Shown: positions 24,432 to 38,805, counted from the first letter of the whole stretch. The stretch is 58,831 nt of DNA, filler included, from Sluysia triapertura (GCA_046118255.1; 4 parts of 4 records of this genome joined end to end with filler, not necessarily neighbours in it), one strand, 5' to 3'. Notes: generated by a model not told the origin, from the letters alone. Numbers and translations: made by a program.

Positions 24432-24869
24432 TAAAATTATACTTGATATACTATCTATTGAAATTATTAAGGTTTAAAACGATCAAGATAATAATAGTGA
24501 ATCTTAATGATTCATAAGTTTTCAAGACGCAATAATACATATATAATTTTGGTACAAAATGTCTTAATACATAATTTTACAACAATTTGACAACTATTTG
24601 ATTTTTAATTTTAAAAAAATGTATAATTTATATCATTTTTACAACGAAATTTTAAATCTACATTTAAATATACAGTTTGTCAATTTCAAATTTACATTTA
24701 TTTTTTATATTTACATTTATTATTTACATTTATATTTATATTTAAATACATACATTTACATTTCTATGGCTTAGTTAAGTATTTGTAGATGTCGTATCGT
24801 AACTCGTTTAGTTATTCTCCTAATATCAGGTTCATACTAGTTTTATACAAAGAACTCACTCGACATATA

Positions 24870-25550
24870 ATCTGTGTTACTAAATTTAGTTCGTGAGTCT
24901 TGAACTTGTTTCTGCTATTCGAGATAGATGTAAGTACTTAATCAGTAAAAGGTTACAAAATTAATTTATATGAACTTTATGTGTTTAACTCTGTAAGTGT
25001 CCTTTCTTAAAAAGAACTTACTCAGCAAAAGGTTATCCTCTGGAGACAAGCTCGGCTAATTAGAGACGGTTTACGTCGTTGGTCGATGACGGTCTTATTA
25101 GACTTATGACAAGATTAACTATGAAAGATGACAAAAATACTGACAGGATTTAAATTCAAATAGCGTCAAATTACTGATAGAATTACAAAAAAATTAATTT
25201 TTAATTTAGTTCGTAAATTAAGATGGCCTTTTTATTGTCTGTTAATCGATTTATTTGATTTTATATATTGAGACAGCCTTTTTACGGTCTGTCAAATATT
25301 TAATTATTTTAGAAGTTAAATCAGCCTTATTACGGTCTGATTATAATTTATGGTTGATTTTAGTTAAGAGGATAAGACACTAATATATATTATATACAGA
25401 TTATACACAAACATAAAAGTATTAATAAGCATAGGCAAAGACAAGATATAAAACAATGATTATAGTAACGATAATATTTTAAGTCTTATGGTTTCCCTTA
25501 GACTATTTGATTTTAGCCAAAAGGTAGAGATAGCCTTTTTACAGTCTGTC
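24870..25550 (+). mobile_element. Fragment of a relative of the 48-58 kb LTR element: polyprotein C-terminus plus stem-loop array
   Basis: RRFTSLVDDGLIRLMTRLTMKDDK/ILTGFKFK aligns with KTYTCKISEGRIRLIFTLYTNSGDVLLGFKIVK (50490-50610, minus), and is followed by four AGCCTTTTTACGGTCT-type hairpins. Confidence 0.6.
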
Positions 25551-26409
25551 AATAATTAAAAAATATTTTAAGTCGAAGTTTAATAATCCTATTAATTACA
25601 ATTAGGATTTTATTAAGACTTATAAAAAAATTACTTTTGCATGGAAAATAAGTTTTTTGATTCCTATCTGACTTCTCGAACTAGAAAATTCACTTCGGAA
25701 ATTTAGAGATTTTTTTATTGTCTTACGCTGAAAATGATTAATATTTATATTAGATTTACCTGCCTCCATGTTGGATTTTAATATTTATTTATTTTTTACT
25801 TCAATAAAACAATTAAAAATTAAAAATTTTTTCTAATAGATTTTTATTGAAAATTTTACTAAATATAATAATAAAAAAATTAATAATTTTAAATTAATAA
25901 TTTTAAAATTAATAATTTTAATTAATAATTTTATTAATAAAATTAATAATATTAATAACTAATTTATAAAACAGAAATAAAATAGATAAAATACTAAAAC
26001 TATTTTCAATCATTTTTGTTAAATATCAATTTCAATCACATGATGAGTTTTTTCCAACATTTTCTCTTCCCATGGAAGATTTGTCCCAAATCTTAGAAAT
26101 CAACATCATCGAAGGACATTCCCGGTGGTGATGGGGAATCGGTGAACGCTCCATGTGATGACCGCGGTCTAGGTTGTGGAGGTGGTGATAACAGTGACGG
26201 AGAACAACACTAGTACTTAATTAATGTATCACTTTAATTTATATAGACTTTAGTCCTCAATACTTGTATATTAAATTACAATAAACAAATAAATCGAAGT
26301 TTTATTTCAGTTCAGTAAAATTTTTATTAAATAACACAAATGGATAGCAATTTAAATAGTTCATTAATAATTATTTAATAATTCAAACTGAATTTTTATT
26401 TTAAATTAA

Positions 26410-26606
26410 AAAAAATGAGGCCTGCAATCTTTGTGAATTCGTGACTCCGATTGAATAAGTTTTAAAAAATTTTCAACTCCTTTAAGCATGAGAAGTCTAA
26501 TTTTGAATAACTTTGAATACAATTATTCTTTTATTTTAATCCCTAGGGATCGTGAAAAGATTGGGGTCGTAAAGTGGGTCGCAGCCAAAAAGTGTGAATA
26601 TCACTG
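26410..26606. mobile_element. Right end of a hAT-type MITE
   Basis: GGGGTCG..GGGTCGCAGCCAAAAAGTGTGAATATCACTG followed by GTTTAGAT resembles typical non-autonomous hAT termini. Left end not found. Confidence 0.4.
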
Positions 26607-26617
26607 GTTTAGATTAC

Positions 26618-26654
<37 letters not shown>

Positions 26655-29099
26655 TCTGTGGTTTTTTAATTGAAACTCAAGTAAATGATTAAGAATGGGT
26701 CCGCTTACGTTCCTTAGGTTTATGCTTAATGCGACGTAATAAATATTTTCTTAACGGGGTTCCAATTAGTAACTTGCGAATATCTTAATTATATTCTTGT
26801 GTGATGAGGGTTTTCCCTTGTTAATATTTTATTTTTAAACTTCTAAATCTCTTAATCACTGAAGTAACTTCTTACAAATAATTTATTAAACTTTCTCACT
26901 TAAAATTAATTTATTGAATTTTGATTTTAATGATTTTGCTTCTATTTCTTTGAAACTCTTATAGTTTGATTAATATTTATAAATCCTGTAAGTGAATTTT
27001 AATTAATTAAAACTCAATCCTTCCAATTAGACCTTTTGAATGATATTACTCTTTTAATTAATTATTAATCCACATCAAAATTCTAAGGCAAAGAAGATTT
27101 AATATATAATAGAAACCAAAACTAAAAAGACAGCTATAAAAATAAAGATATATTTTATATAATAAGGTATATATTTAATAAAATTAAACTAATTAGGTAT
27201 AAACGATTATGATTTTTAAAGTATAAACCTTTATTATTAAAATTCCTTTTAATATTTTTACAAAACTTTAATTTACTATCATTATGACTAGTTTAACCTA
27301 GTACTGATTTTTAAAATTAAGTCCAAAATTTATTTTTCAGTTAAAAGAAAATCAACTTATGAACAATTAACTTAGTACTAAAATCATCGAAAAATATTTG
27401 TTAAAATGATCAAACACTAATAAATGAAAATTATCCCAATATATTGTCCGTTCTTGATTAATCAAACGTCTTCAGAATGCAAAATCATTGTTCAAAATCT
27501 TAACAAATTCATGAACCGATTTTTCGACAAAAGCTCGTAAAATTATAAACTTGTAAATGCAGATAATTTTAAAAGTGTATGTAATTTTAATGTAAATTTC
27601 AATGTATGTAATTAAATTAATGTAAATATGTTTTAGAAAATTAAAATAAATAAAATATTTTAAATCTAATTTATTTTAGAAATAGTTGTTAAAAATTAAT
27701 ATTATACTTTTATTTTTATTAATATTATTATTACTAAAATTAATTATTAAAAATTAATATTATTAAAAGTATTAATAGTATTATTATAACAAAGTACTTT
27801 TCAAAATCTAGTGTTAAAGTATAAATTGATCACATTTATCTAGAATATTATTAATTATCACTTTATGTACTATTATTATGACTAATTCAATAACTATTTC
27901 ATCAGCTTACTACATACAGTTGATCATAAGGTTAAATTTTGATATAGTGTAGATAAATAGCATTAAAACATTGTACGCATTATTATTATCATATAAAGAT
28001 TTACAATTTTGAATAATTTGAATTATTTGTAAGTGAAAACCATTTTTAAATTATCAATTTGAAAATTATTCATTATTTGTAATATACTAGTCATATTTGT
28101 TTAGCTACACGATTGATCATTATTTTTGAGAATCACAATTCAACACTCAATTGACTGTAACTTCGAATTTATAAATCTATTAGTGCAAAAGTAAAAGAAA
28201 ATTTAATAATCAAGATTATCCACAAGAAAATTTTATTATTTCAATATTTTACGTTACTTTATATAAATTCTTAAGTGATATTTTAAAAAAATAATAAAAT
28301 CTACATTAAAATTTTTGAATTAAAGTAAATTTTAATTACTCATACAAATTGCAATAATTTTAACGAAATTAATATTACTGAGTATAATAGTATCCAAACC
28401 AATAATCATTATTATTCATTCACATTTTAAGGAGTCAAATTTTGTTTATAATTATATATTAATTGCTTGTGACTTTGTAATCAAAAATTACGCATACATA
28501 ATCAAGTTTTATTACACATTAAAATGTTTGTATCGTAACATTTCATTATTGATTTAAAACGTTGAATTTTTATTTCCAATTATTAATTAATTACACATAC
28601 GTAATCGAATTTGTTTTTATAAAATCAATTATTTATATTGTAAAATTTTAATGCACGTATTTGACGAGTTTATTTTTAATTCATTTGAGAAACAAAGAAT
28701 TTTTGTTGATATCGATTTTACATTTAAATATATAAACGACAATATTGCGTTAAAAAATAAAATCCACAGTTATAATCAACAATGTTATTGTAATAAATTT
28801 TACCCAACAGATCTATTTAGATCATATTCAGACTATTAAAAAATACGTATTAATATTAAAATTTTTTGTTGAATATATCCTTATAATATTTTCTGTATAT
28901 ATAAATATCATATAATCGAATATTTTGTGTATCATAAACATTTTTATAAAATAATTACATATCGTGCTAGAACACTATATAATTAACATTTTTGTATTTC
29001 ATGATTACTAATTATAACATTATTAATTTTTGGTTATTGATTCATTATTAAAATAACATTAATCTCATTGACGATAACTTTAATATATAATTTATAACT

Positions 29100-29227
29100 T
29101 TTTGAATTTCTTCTTTTGGATAAACATAACGTCATTTAATCAAATTCTATAGTTGTAAATTATTTTAAAACAAAGTATTTTAATGATATTTTACATAATT
29201 TTAGAGGGTCATCATGGCAACCTAGCA
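29100..29227 (-). mobile_element. 5'-terminal fragment of an LTR of the same family as 57419-58247
   Basis: Minus-strand TGCTAGGTTGCCATGATGACCCTCTAAAATTATGTAAAA versus TGTTAGGTTGCCACCACAACCCTCTAAAATTATGTAAAA at 58247. Confidence 0.7.
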
Positions 29228-31297
29228 AGACCAAGAATGAGAATTAAGAATCTTCTTATTATAGAATATGGATCACGCGAAGATGACTTGAAAGACGCAA
29301 AAGATATCACGGAAATTCGAAAATTCTGGTTGGCATCATTATATGACAAAGTACTTGTAGCCTACCTTCCGGAATTCATTGTTAGAACATTTCAAATACC
29401 ATATGGTTGGTTAGTATCATATTCATCTTTTCATCCATCTAATAGTGCTAAGAAAACTCTCAAAATTTTATATCCATTTTCACCACAATCTACTTCCCTC
29501 ATTTAGATAAGGATTATATACCACCTTTGATAGCACAAGACAAAAGGATACATCGTTTCTACCGCAAGTAATTTAAAATTCGATAGAAATTCAACCTTCT
29601 TATACTACTCCTAATTCTAATCTTCTTTTCAGCATAACACATTCCGCAGAAATTTTTACATAAAAGCATGAAACACATAAATATAACATTGACAGATAGT
29701 GATAGAAATAACAGTGAAACACCTATAAAAAGAAGCAAGAATGAAGATTTTTATGAAGACAAAACGAGTAATAAAGAAGGATCAACATGGAATGTGGAAC
29801 TTGATTCGAATTCAGTAGACTATATTGGCGATGAATCTGAACATAATGTGATTCATTTGGAAGACGATAAATCGGTGTGATTCGAGTAGACTTAGGTGAT
29901 TGTGACAATATTATTAATTTATGTGACTGACTTTATTTTAATGATTAACAAATGCTTAAAATTAATAATCTTTTATGAAAGTTATGTAAATTATATAAAT
30001 GTTTAATAATTAAATGTTAATAATTAAATGTAATATTAAATGTGTAATATTAAATGTTGTAATGTATAAAATGTAATATATAATATGTAATATTTATGTA
30101 AAATTTTAATTTAAGTGTATAGTTGTCATTACTCCTTTTATTATCCTTGTATAATCCTTTTACTATTGCATAAAATTATTATTAAAATATTAAAAAGTAA
30201 AATTATTATTATAAAAATATTATTGAAATTATATTATTAAAAATATTATAAAAATATTATTAGAAAATAACTATTATCATTATTATCAAAAGTACTATTG
30301 CTACTAATTATCATTTTAAAAACTTTAAAACTTTATTAAATCTTTATCAGCAATATAAATCAAAGTTGAATCAATGTCAATGACCCTACGTTTAGTTCTA
30401 ATATAAAACATTGATAAATTGAAAACTACGCGCAAGCATAAATCATCTTTTAAAAGTTTGAATCATTTTTTAATAAAGAAGTTTAAACCATTTTAAAAAT
30501 TTATATCGGTTGAGTTAGAATCACCTTTTGTCACAGTGTCATAAAAAATTGTTGATCTAAATATATTGATGATCGGAAAATATTGTTGTTATAATCGTCA
30601 ATTCTCAAGACAATATCCACAATAAAATAGTTTCATTGACAAGTTTGGATAAATTACATAAACGGAAAAAATTTAAAAAAACAAAAATAATTAGTAATCA
30701 TTAGTTTTCTATATTTGTACATTATCTATTTTAATAAAAGAAAATAAATTGATTACATAAAATCTTCTCGTTAATGTTGTAGTAAACTTTAAACAATTGC
30801 AAAAAACTTAAATTTTATAATTTAAATTAAAATTAAATTATTGCAGGAGTCAATAATAATAGAAAATATTTTTTACTTATCGAATCTCTCATTATAGTTT
30901 TATTCTTTTGTAATTTGATATAATGATTGTATTATAATATTATTTTGCACAATTGGTAACAGTATTTATATATTAGTTAAATTTTATTAAATTATTAAGA
31001 ACGCTCATTATTGCAAATCAATATTCATTATTTAATTTGTATTTACTCGCTTCGATTAATAAAGTTTAGTTTTTTGACAAACACCCCTTATTAATTAATA
31101 ATTATTTCAACCTTTGCAACGTTTATAAACTCTGATATCAGGAAAATAATAAAAATTTATTATTGATAGTAAATTAAAATAATCTTAATTCAAGATCCTT
31201 ATAAATGGATCTCACATAAATTACACAAAATTATAGCCTCGCTATAACAACAGCGGATTTGAATCGTTTACACAGACTGAGCATTCTATTTTAGACC

Positions 31298-34290
31298 CAG
31301 AGGCGGACGAAGGCCTAAGCAACCTAGGCACGTACCTGAGACTCGTAATTTTTGGGCCCGAAAATTAGGTTTTTAATTTTTTACTTTTTATAATTAATTT
31401 TTATTTTTATTTAACAGAAAAACGTGATATTCATAATTATTGATGAAACATATCCAAATAATGCCGAATCGTTGATTGATAAAGTCGATAAGTGTGGACG
31501 AGCATTCCCCTGCTTATGCATCCACACCCGAGAATGTCGATGTGTAAATACGATCAAGCCTCTACTATTCACGTGTTTAAAAAATCAAACGTAGCTAATT
31601 AAAATCAGTGTCTCTTGAACGCATTGCATCTTATGTGAGTTGTGATTGAAAATTGTGCAATTAAGACTTAAGTACCTAGACTTGATTGCAAACAGATTGT
31701 TTTGGATTGTTAATATTTTCTGGAATTCCTAAAATAAAAATTTAAGTTTTTATAAAAGTATTACATTATTTAATTAAATAATATATAATATAAAATACCA
31801 CAAATTGTGATTGTGATATTGAGTAAAAATAAATTTAATTAAAGATCATTTTCTTCTTTCTTTTTAGTACGTGGTCTTTAAAATGAGTTCCTATAAACAT
31901 TTAAGTGGAACTGAAAAAAGAAAACGAAAAGCAGATCGAGACAAAGTGGCAAAACAAATGAAAAGATCGTTGGACAAATTTTTAACCGTAGATGTTGAAC
32001 AATTACAACATTCGTCATCATTTTCACAGATTTCACCTGCTCAAACTCCAGACACATCATTTGTGTCCGAAAGTATTCTGCAAAAAGACCAGCAGGAAAA
32101 TCCAAGCAATTCCGTTTGTGAAGATGAAACAAAAGGAGAAAATATAAATTTAAAATCATCTCAAAATAATGATGTAAACAATATTGCATTATGGCCAGAA
32201 TACTGAACAGATGCCAAAATCGATGCAACGAAGGGTCAAAAAAATCACAAGAAAATTAACTATTGCCTCCTTCTTCAGAACAATTAATAGCGGGAAAACA
32301 TTAAAAGAGATTAGTTGGCTTATACTGAAACCAGAAATGATTGGAAAAATATACTTAAAAAATTGTAAGAGCATGAAAACTCCACTTTAACTCCATTTTA
32401 ATTTTTATAACAAAGTCTAAAATTACCGGACACATTGACACTGAACTAGAAAAACAAATTATAAATAAAAAAATATTAGAGGGAAGTACTTAAACGTGTT
32501 TCATGGCAAGAATGAAGTGCTTTTAGCGAAAATTATGGTAATTATATAGGTGCTTTCGAATATTTATCCGAGTTCGATCCATTTTTGAGGAAACACTTGA
32601 AAACATATGCAAACTACGGCACCGGTACTATAAACCATTTGAAAGTCTACAATATGTGATGAATTTATTTCTATTATATCGAAAGTTTTACAACTCACAA
32701 TAGTGAACGAAATAAAGGAAGCCAAATTTTACTCTCTAATTATTGATTCAACACCTAGTATATGTCACGCAGATCAGCTGACCGTCATTATTCGCTGTGT
32801 TCTTCCAAGTGGTATAAAAGAAAGATTTTTGGGATTTCTATTTATTTTTTCTAATACTGGTGAAAACTTGGAGAAAGTTATTTTAGAATTTTTAAATAAT
32901 ACAGATTTATAGACATCACTATCTGTCGGGACAGAATTATGATAATGAGTTTAATATGTCAGATAAATATAAGGGACTCCAATCCAGAATAAAACAACAT
33001 ATTTTTTCTGCCCATTTTATACTATGCACATTTTAAATTTAAATTCAATTGAAAATATTCTGCGTCGAAAGTTGCATGGAAATGACCATTCTTTTCAATT
33101 TCGTTCAGGAATTATACGCATTTTTCAAGTTCTAAACATTGGTGGAATGCATAACAAAAATTTTGTAAGAGAAAATATTTGAGTATTAAACCTATTTGTG
33201 ACACCAGGTGGTCTGCTCGTTCCGATGCTGTGAAATCTTTAAAGGAAAATTATGAAGAAATTAAACACTTTTACGTCATTTTTCCTCAAACGAAGATGAA
33301 AAACCATTAACAATGTCCGAAGCTGCTGATTTACATAAAAGATTGATACATTAGAGTATGCACTGTTGCTTACTTTATGGGAAAATATTTTAGAAAGAAC
33401 AGATGCTTCAGCAAGACTTTCAACAAAAAGACGAATCCTTAAATACAGCAGTTTTTATATATGATTCATTGATAGATTTCATAAAAAATGTTAGAGATGA
33501 TTTTGACAATTTAGAAAAAGAAGCAGCAAAAGTTAAAGATATTGCATATACTAATGATAAAAAACGGCTGAAAATTCGAAAACTATTTCGTGATGAAATT
33601 CCAGAACATGAAATAAGATTCAGTGGCAAAAACCATTTTAAAGTTAATATTTTTTTGTTAATTATCAACATTAAAAAAAGATCTGAGGGATATAAAATTA
33701 TTAACAATAAATTAAAAACAATTTTTCAAGATGTTAGTGACTCTTCAAAATAGGAATTAAAATGTTATGAACAAGATTTAAACCTAGAAGAACTGAAAAA
33801 TGAAGTAAATAAAATATAATGAAAATAATATTATTGCAACATTCCCTAATTTAAATATAATTCTGAGTACTTATTTAACTCTTCCAACAAGCAATACAAG
33901 CGGTGAAAGATCATTCTCAGTAATAGTCAGAATAAAAAATTTTTAAGATCCACATTAGGCCAACAAATATTAAATAGTTTATCATTACTTGATATAGAAA
34001 AGGTTATTAAATAACTCTATTAATTATGACAAACTAGTTGACGAGTTTGCAGAATTAAAAGTGAGAAAAAAGGCAATCTGGCTATATTTGTTTAAATATT
34101 ATTGTTTGTTTTAATAAATTATGTTTTAATTTTTGTACATGTACATTAATTTTTTCCTTTTTTTCTTGGAATCCGATAATTAAATAGAACTACATACTAC
34201 ATGCTTAAAGACCAAACTACCAAACGCAAAGTATGTGAAAAATAAGCCCGAAATTACAATGTTGCTTAAGTCCACAACTATAGTAACCTC
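31298..34290 (+). mobile_element. Decayed hAT DNA transposon (ZMYM1/DUF4371-like transposase)
   Basis: Left end CAGAGGCGGA.. with subterminal CCTAAGCAAC, mirrored by GTTGCTTAAG at 34261. Right TIR eroded. Confidence 0.8.
31883..34080 (+). pseudogene. hAT transposase pseudogene
   Basis: Motifs in order: SGTEKRKRK; AKFYSLIIDSTP...DQLTVIIRCV...ERFLGF; GQNYDN..NMS.KYKGLQSRIK; CDTRWSAR; FPNL...LTLPTSNTSGERSFS (dimerisation domain). Many stops and frameshifts. Confidence 0.9.
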
Positions 34291-36418
34291 CAAAAGCTTG
34301 TATCCTTATTCTTTCACTGACATCTATAAGTTGGCCCTTAATGTCATAGGAACTCAAATATAAAATAAAATAAATTTTTTTTAGAATTTATATAAAAACA
34401 ATCTTCACATAAATAATAAAAATAAATATAAAACAAACATGTTATTTTCGAACAAATTTATATTGTAAATAATTGAATTTATCTAATTAAATAATTTTAA
34501 TTACAAAAACTAATATTTTGTATAAAATCAAAAAATAAATTGTCTGTAATATGACCATTAGGCAAAGTCATAAATTAACGAGAAAATCTACTACGACATA
34601 TATACATGTTTTGATTAAAAATATTTGAGTTTTGATCCAAGAAGATTATTTGAGGTAAGAAGAATATATACCATCTTGACTAATTAAGGATACGTTCCAG
34701 TTTAACTAATTACATCAAAATAATAAGTTATTTAATTCTTTCAACGAGAAAGTATCAATCATCGTAAAGGAACGCTATTTTTCCAAGAGTTTATCGATTG
34801 AAACTGCCATTTTTTGAATCGTATTCCGAATTTTTTTGTAAGTTTATTTTGTTAAGTTCTGCCTCTGTTACGGAGACATAAAATAAAGGCAAATTCATAA
34901 AATTCTAACCTCTTTTAGCTAGAGATAATTTCTTTATGAAATTGAAAATTTAAATTAGAATCAAAAATTCGTTTAACAAATATATATATTCGGATTAGTT
35001 TTGATTGTATTTAATAAATCTTAGGTATTTTCTGTCTTTGTAATTTATTTAGAATACTAAGAAAGAGGTTAAATCAATAAAGAGTAATCATTTTAGTAAA
35101 AACTTATAAAGTAAAGTCAACAGAATATTAATCAAATTACTAGAAAGGTTAATAAAAGAGAAGTTTTGTAAAAAAAATTAACATTAGAATATTAAAAGTT
35201 ACTAAAGTTAGTAAAGATCGAATTAAATTAAATAATATACCAAGAAATAATAAGATTTCTTGAGAAAGTCAATTAAAAATTAGAAATAAAATTAATTATA
35301 TAAGGAATTTAAGGTTCGTTTAAGATACATTTGTTTATACATTTGTTTAAACTTTTATAAATTGTAAAAGATAACAATTTCAGTAGTTAATATAATTTCA
35401 AAGGAAGTTGCATAAACTTTTTAAGTCATAGATTTTGAATTTAAAAAGAATACATTCATACGATGTAGCACATACAGACCATCATATTAAGAAAATTACG
35501 CATACAAAACCCCACAGACATGTCGCGTAAAAGTAAAACATATAATACAAAAAATTTTATATTAAACTGCATAAAATGTCCTAGAAGTTAATTTCTAGAA
35601 ACATTTTTATTTTTTATTATAATCATTTAGAAATTAACCGTGATGATGTTTTTTAAACCTTTTTAATTCTTTTTTATAATATACCTTCGAGTGTTAATAA
35701 TCAAAGAGCTTAAAGTTGTTTTAAAAGAATTAAATTAAGTAATTTAAGGAAATAACTACTTGTAAACTACTTCAAGCTATAATTCTCAAACAATTTCCGA
35801 TAAATTATTAAAGGATATTGTTGTAGTATCACCGATTATAAATGAATTTCTGAATTTTAAGAAATAGAGAATTTAGTTAATAATTAATAATTTGTCGAAT
35901 TGTAGAAGAATATTGAGATGATTTACAAAACATAATAACAATGTTTATAAATTTTATTTTATTTAATAAGATGTTATGTCTTTATTTTATTATTTATAAC
36001 AATAATTTAATAATAAAGCAAACTTAACTTAAAATCTTACTGAATTTTAATAATTGTTAAATATAATATAAATTATCATGAAGAATTTTCTTTACTTATA
36101 ATACAAATTAATTTATTACTTTAATGACTTCTTATTTCTATCAAAACTGTCTTAATTCCTCTATTAAAATTCTAAGATAAATAAAATCAAAAGATAAAAC
36201 TTTAATTTGATTAATTATAATATAATTACAAATTAGAGAAATAAAAGCAAGTGGCTCCAATTATTTTCTCTTGGATTAACTATTCTTAGTATTATCAATC
36301 TAACATTCAAAACTACTATCACCTAACAGTAGTTCAAAATAAGATAAGATGTATAAATAAAATAATTAATAAAAATGAAATAAAAACCAGGGTTGACGTA
36401 ATGTTAAACTTCATAAAA

Positions 36419-37208
36419 TGGACTGACCCGGGATCAAACCCGGGACCTCTTGCTGCGCAGTTCGATGATTAAAAAACATGTATTAATATAATAGTTTTGG
36501 TCTCTTCTTTCTCTTTTTTAGAGAAGGAAGGTAATCTTCTTTCTTCTATTCAGGGACCTTGTAAGACATGGTCGCGGTATGCGTTATTCGAGGACTCCAC
36601 AGCTAGTCATACGCACTGTCGTACCAGGGTCTTGATTTCGGTCTTGTGGAAGTGCCTTGAGAAGCTTGTCATTCTCGGGATCCCATGAACCCAAGGCTCC
36701 AACGACGAATGTATCTAGAGACACCTTGCACTTCAGTTGTTCCTGTAGTTTGCTCTGTAGATCAGAATACTTCGAAAGATTGGTGGTTCGGGCTATTTCG
36801 AAATTTTTCTTCAGGTCCATGGGAGTTTTGACAGTTGCGATGAGGAAGTACCGCGGGCCTGTATGTCGTCGAGTGTCACTGATAATTGGTTTAGGCGAAT
36901 CCTTGATGACCAAGAATCCCTTTTGGGTCATTTTGTCCGCTAGGTAATTAAGGATTTTGTTGTGCCGGAGTGTTCTGGCTGTGCTTGTGTGAAGACATCG
37001 ACGGAGCACGTTTAGAAGGGATTCAGATTCGAGGCCACACCATCGACATGATACTGGCAGATGAAGACGTCAGTTCTGTGGACTGAAATTATGACTAATG
37101 ATGTTGTTCCGGGCCTTGATCATATACATCCATGCACTGAGCTATAATAAAAATTATTATTATTATAGTTAACCATACCAAATGGCACCTTAGGCCTATT
37201 TCGCAACA
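36419..37208 (-). repeat. tRNA-derived dispersed repeat, copy 2, split by a retrotransposon (parts 36419-36467 and 37135-37208)
   Basis: 3' half CATCGAACTGCGCAGCAAGAGGTCCCGGGTTTGATCCCGGGTCAGTCCA and 5' part TAGCTCAGTG plus the shared flank lie on either side of the insertion. Confidence 0.8.
36468..37134 (-). mobile_element. 5'-truncated non-LTR retrotransposon with restriction-like endonuclease (NeSL/R2/Utopia-like)
   Basis: WMYMIKARNN; degenerate CCHC CRWCGLESESLLNVLRRC; RHNKIL; ARTTNLSKYSDL; FVVGALGSWDPEND; terminal SSNNAYRDH; ~80-nt 3' UTR. Confidence 0.85.
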
Positions 37209-38249
37209 AGATTTAAATTCTCTGTCACAATGTTAACATAATTTTCACACAAATAAACTAAATTATGATAATGAAATTTCAAGATAAAAAACTCGTCCAT
37301 TATTCAATTAATATTGCCTATTTTTCTTATATGTACATATTCTAACAATTTAAAATAATTTTAAAATAATTAACGTTAAACAGCTTCGCAAACAGTATTT
37401 CTCCATATTGCAAATAGCACAAAAATAAGTCGTCATAAAGCACATCCGAAACAGGTATAATAAGCATAGTATATACCTATTGTTATATTTTTTTATTGGT
37501 TTTTATGTTGGTGTACTAGGTCTACATACGATTGTATATTTGTTTAATATTTTGAGTGTTAAATGTGCTGCTTTGTTTATTTATATTTGGTGGGATTTTA
37601 AATGATAGGTTTGAACCATCACGTTTTATTTTTAATTAATTTTTCTCTTTCAAATTTCTAAATCTTTAAATGTAACTTTTTTGTAGAATTAAATTAGATA
37701 ATAAAATTTTGAAGTGTCTCACCAAACATTTATACAAATTGTGCTATTCCTCATTTATCAATCATCATATATAAATAATCAACATGTGTTATAATCCTCA
37801 AGAAACACAAGTTATTGATTCATTCTTCTTTGTTATTTACAAGCATCAATATAGTGTTACATTAAATATCAAATCGCGATACAGAAAACCATCAAAATAT
37901 CAAAATATCTAGTCATGAAATGTATTTTAAAAGTTTTCATAATACTAATAAACCATATAAGTAACAACACTTTATAATCAATGTGACAAATAATAATTAT
38001 AACCAAATAATAATTGTAATAATTTCATTTATTAATGCAGTTTTAATGGTACAATAAAAAATTGTGATTCAATATTTCTTCAAATGTGTCATAGTGAATA
38101 TTTTCTTAAATACTGCAATAAAAAATACTAAATATTTACATCTTCGTAAGGATGAAGATGTAACTCTCAAAATATTAAACATATATGTAATCGCATATAG
38201 ACTTAGCACACCAACATAAAAACCATTAAAAATATAGTTTATATTACAA

Positions 38250-38660
38250 TGAAATTTCAATAAAAACGATCTCAATTCTTCCTAAACTTCTATCATACTT
38301 TTTATCTCAACTTGTGCCTTCTTGGCACCCCACCATACTCAGTTATTACTTTTCCTTTTTTCTAGCCTCCACAATCAAATAATCGAATTATTGATGGTCG
38401 ATGATGTACCTTACTTTGCAAAGTGCAGAATTAATCAATCAACTTCACAATCTGACAATGTATCTAATTAAATGGGGATCCATGAAAAGTACCTGACAAA
38501 TGCTTTTGTAGTTGTTCGTCTACTGGAGATTATTTGCAAATGAATTGTTTTTACGGGGTATGTGTTTAATCTCGATTGAATGACCTTGCAGTATTAGCAA
38601 CCTCTGCTGGATCTAGATATTCGATTTATCAGTTGAAATAATGAATTTTCTATCTATAAA
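38250..38660 (-). mobile_element. Ty3/gypsy pol remnant (RNase H end to integrase start)
   Basis: DRKFIISTD...QRLLILQGHSIEIKHIPRKNNSFANNL(SR) matches the gypsy RNase H C-terminus; EELRSFLLKFH resembles the integrase Zn-domain start. Confidence 0.65.
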
Positions 38661-38805
38661 TAAAACATTTAGACATGGTCTTAAATTTGAAAATGATTAT
38701 GATTTATTATAGTAGTTTTTATTGGTTGCAATGGAAGTATCATCACTGTTTAGATAGAGGTGATATATCTTTTCTATTTTTAATATAATTAAAAATTGAG
38801 ATGAT

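Noticed and set aside
34486-34871. Possible solo LTR (TGTAAT...GTTACG)
   Set aside because: No TSD, PBS or second copy in the window.
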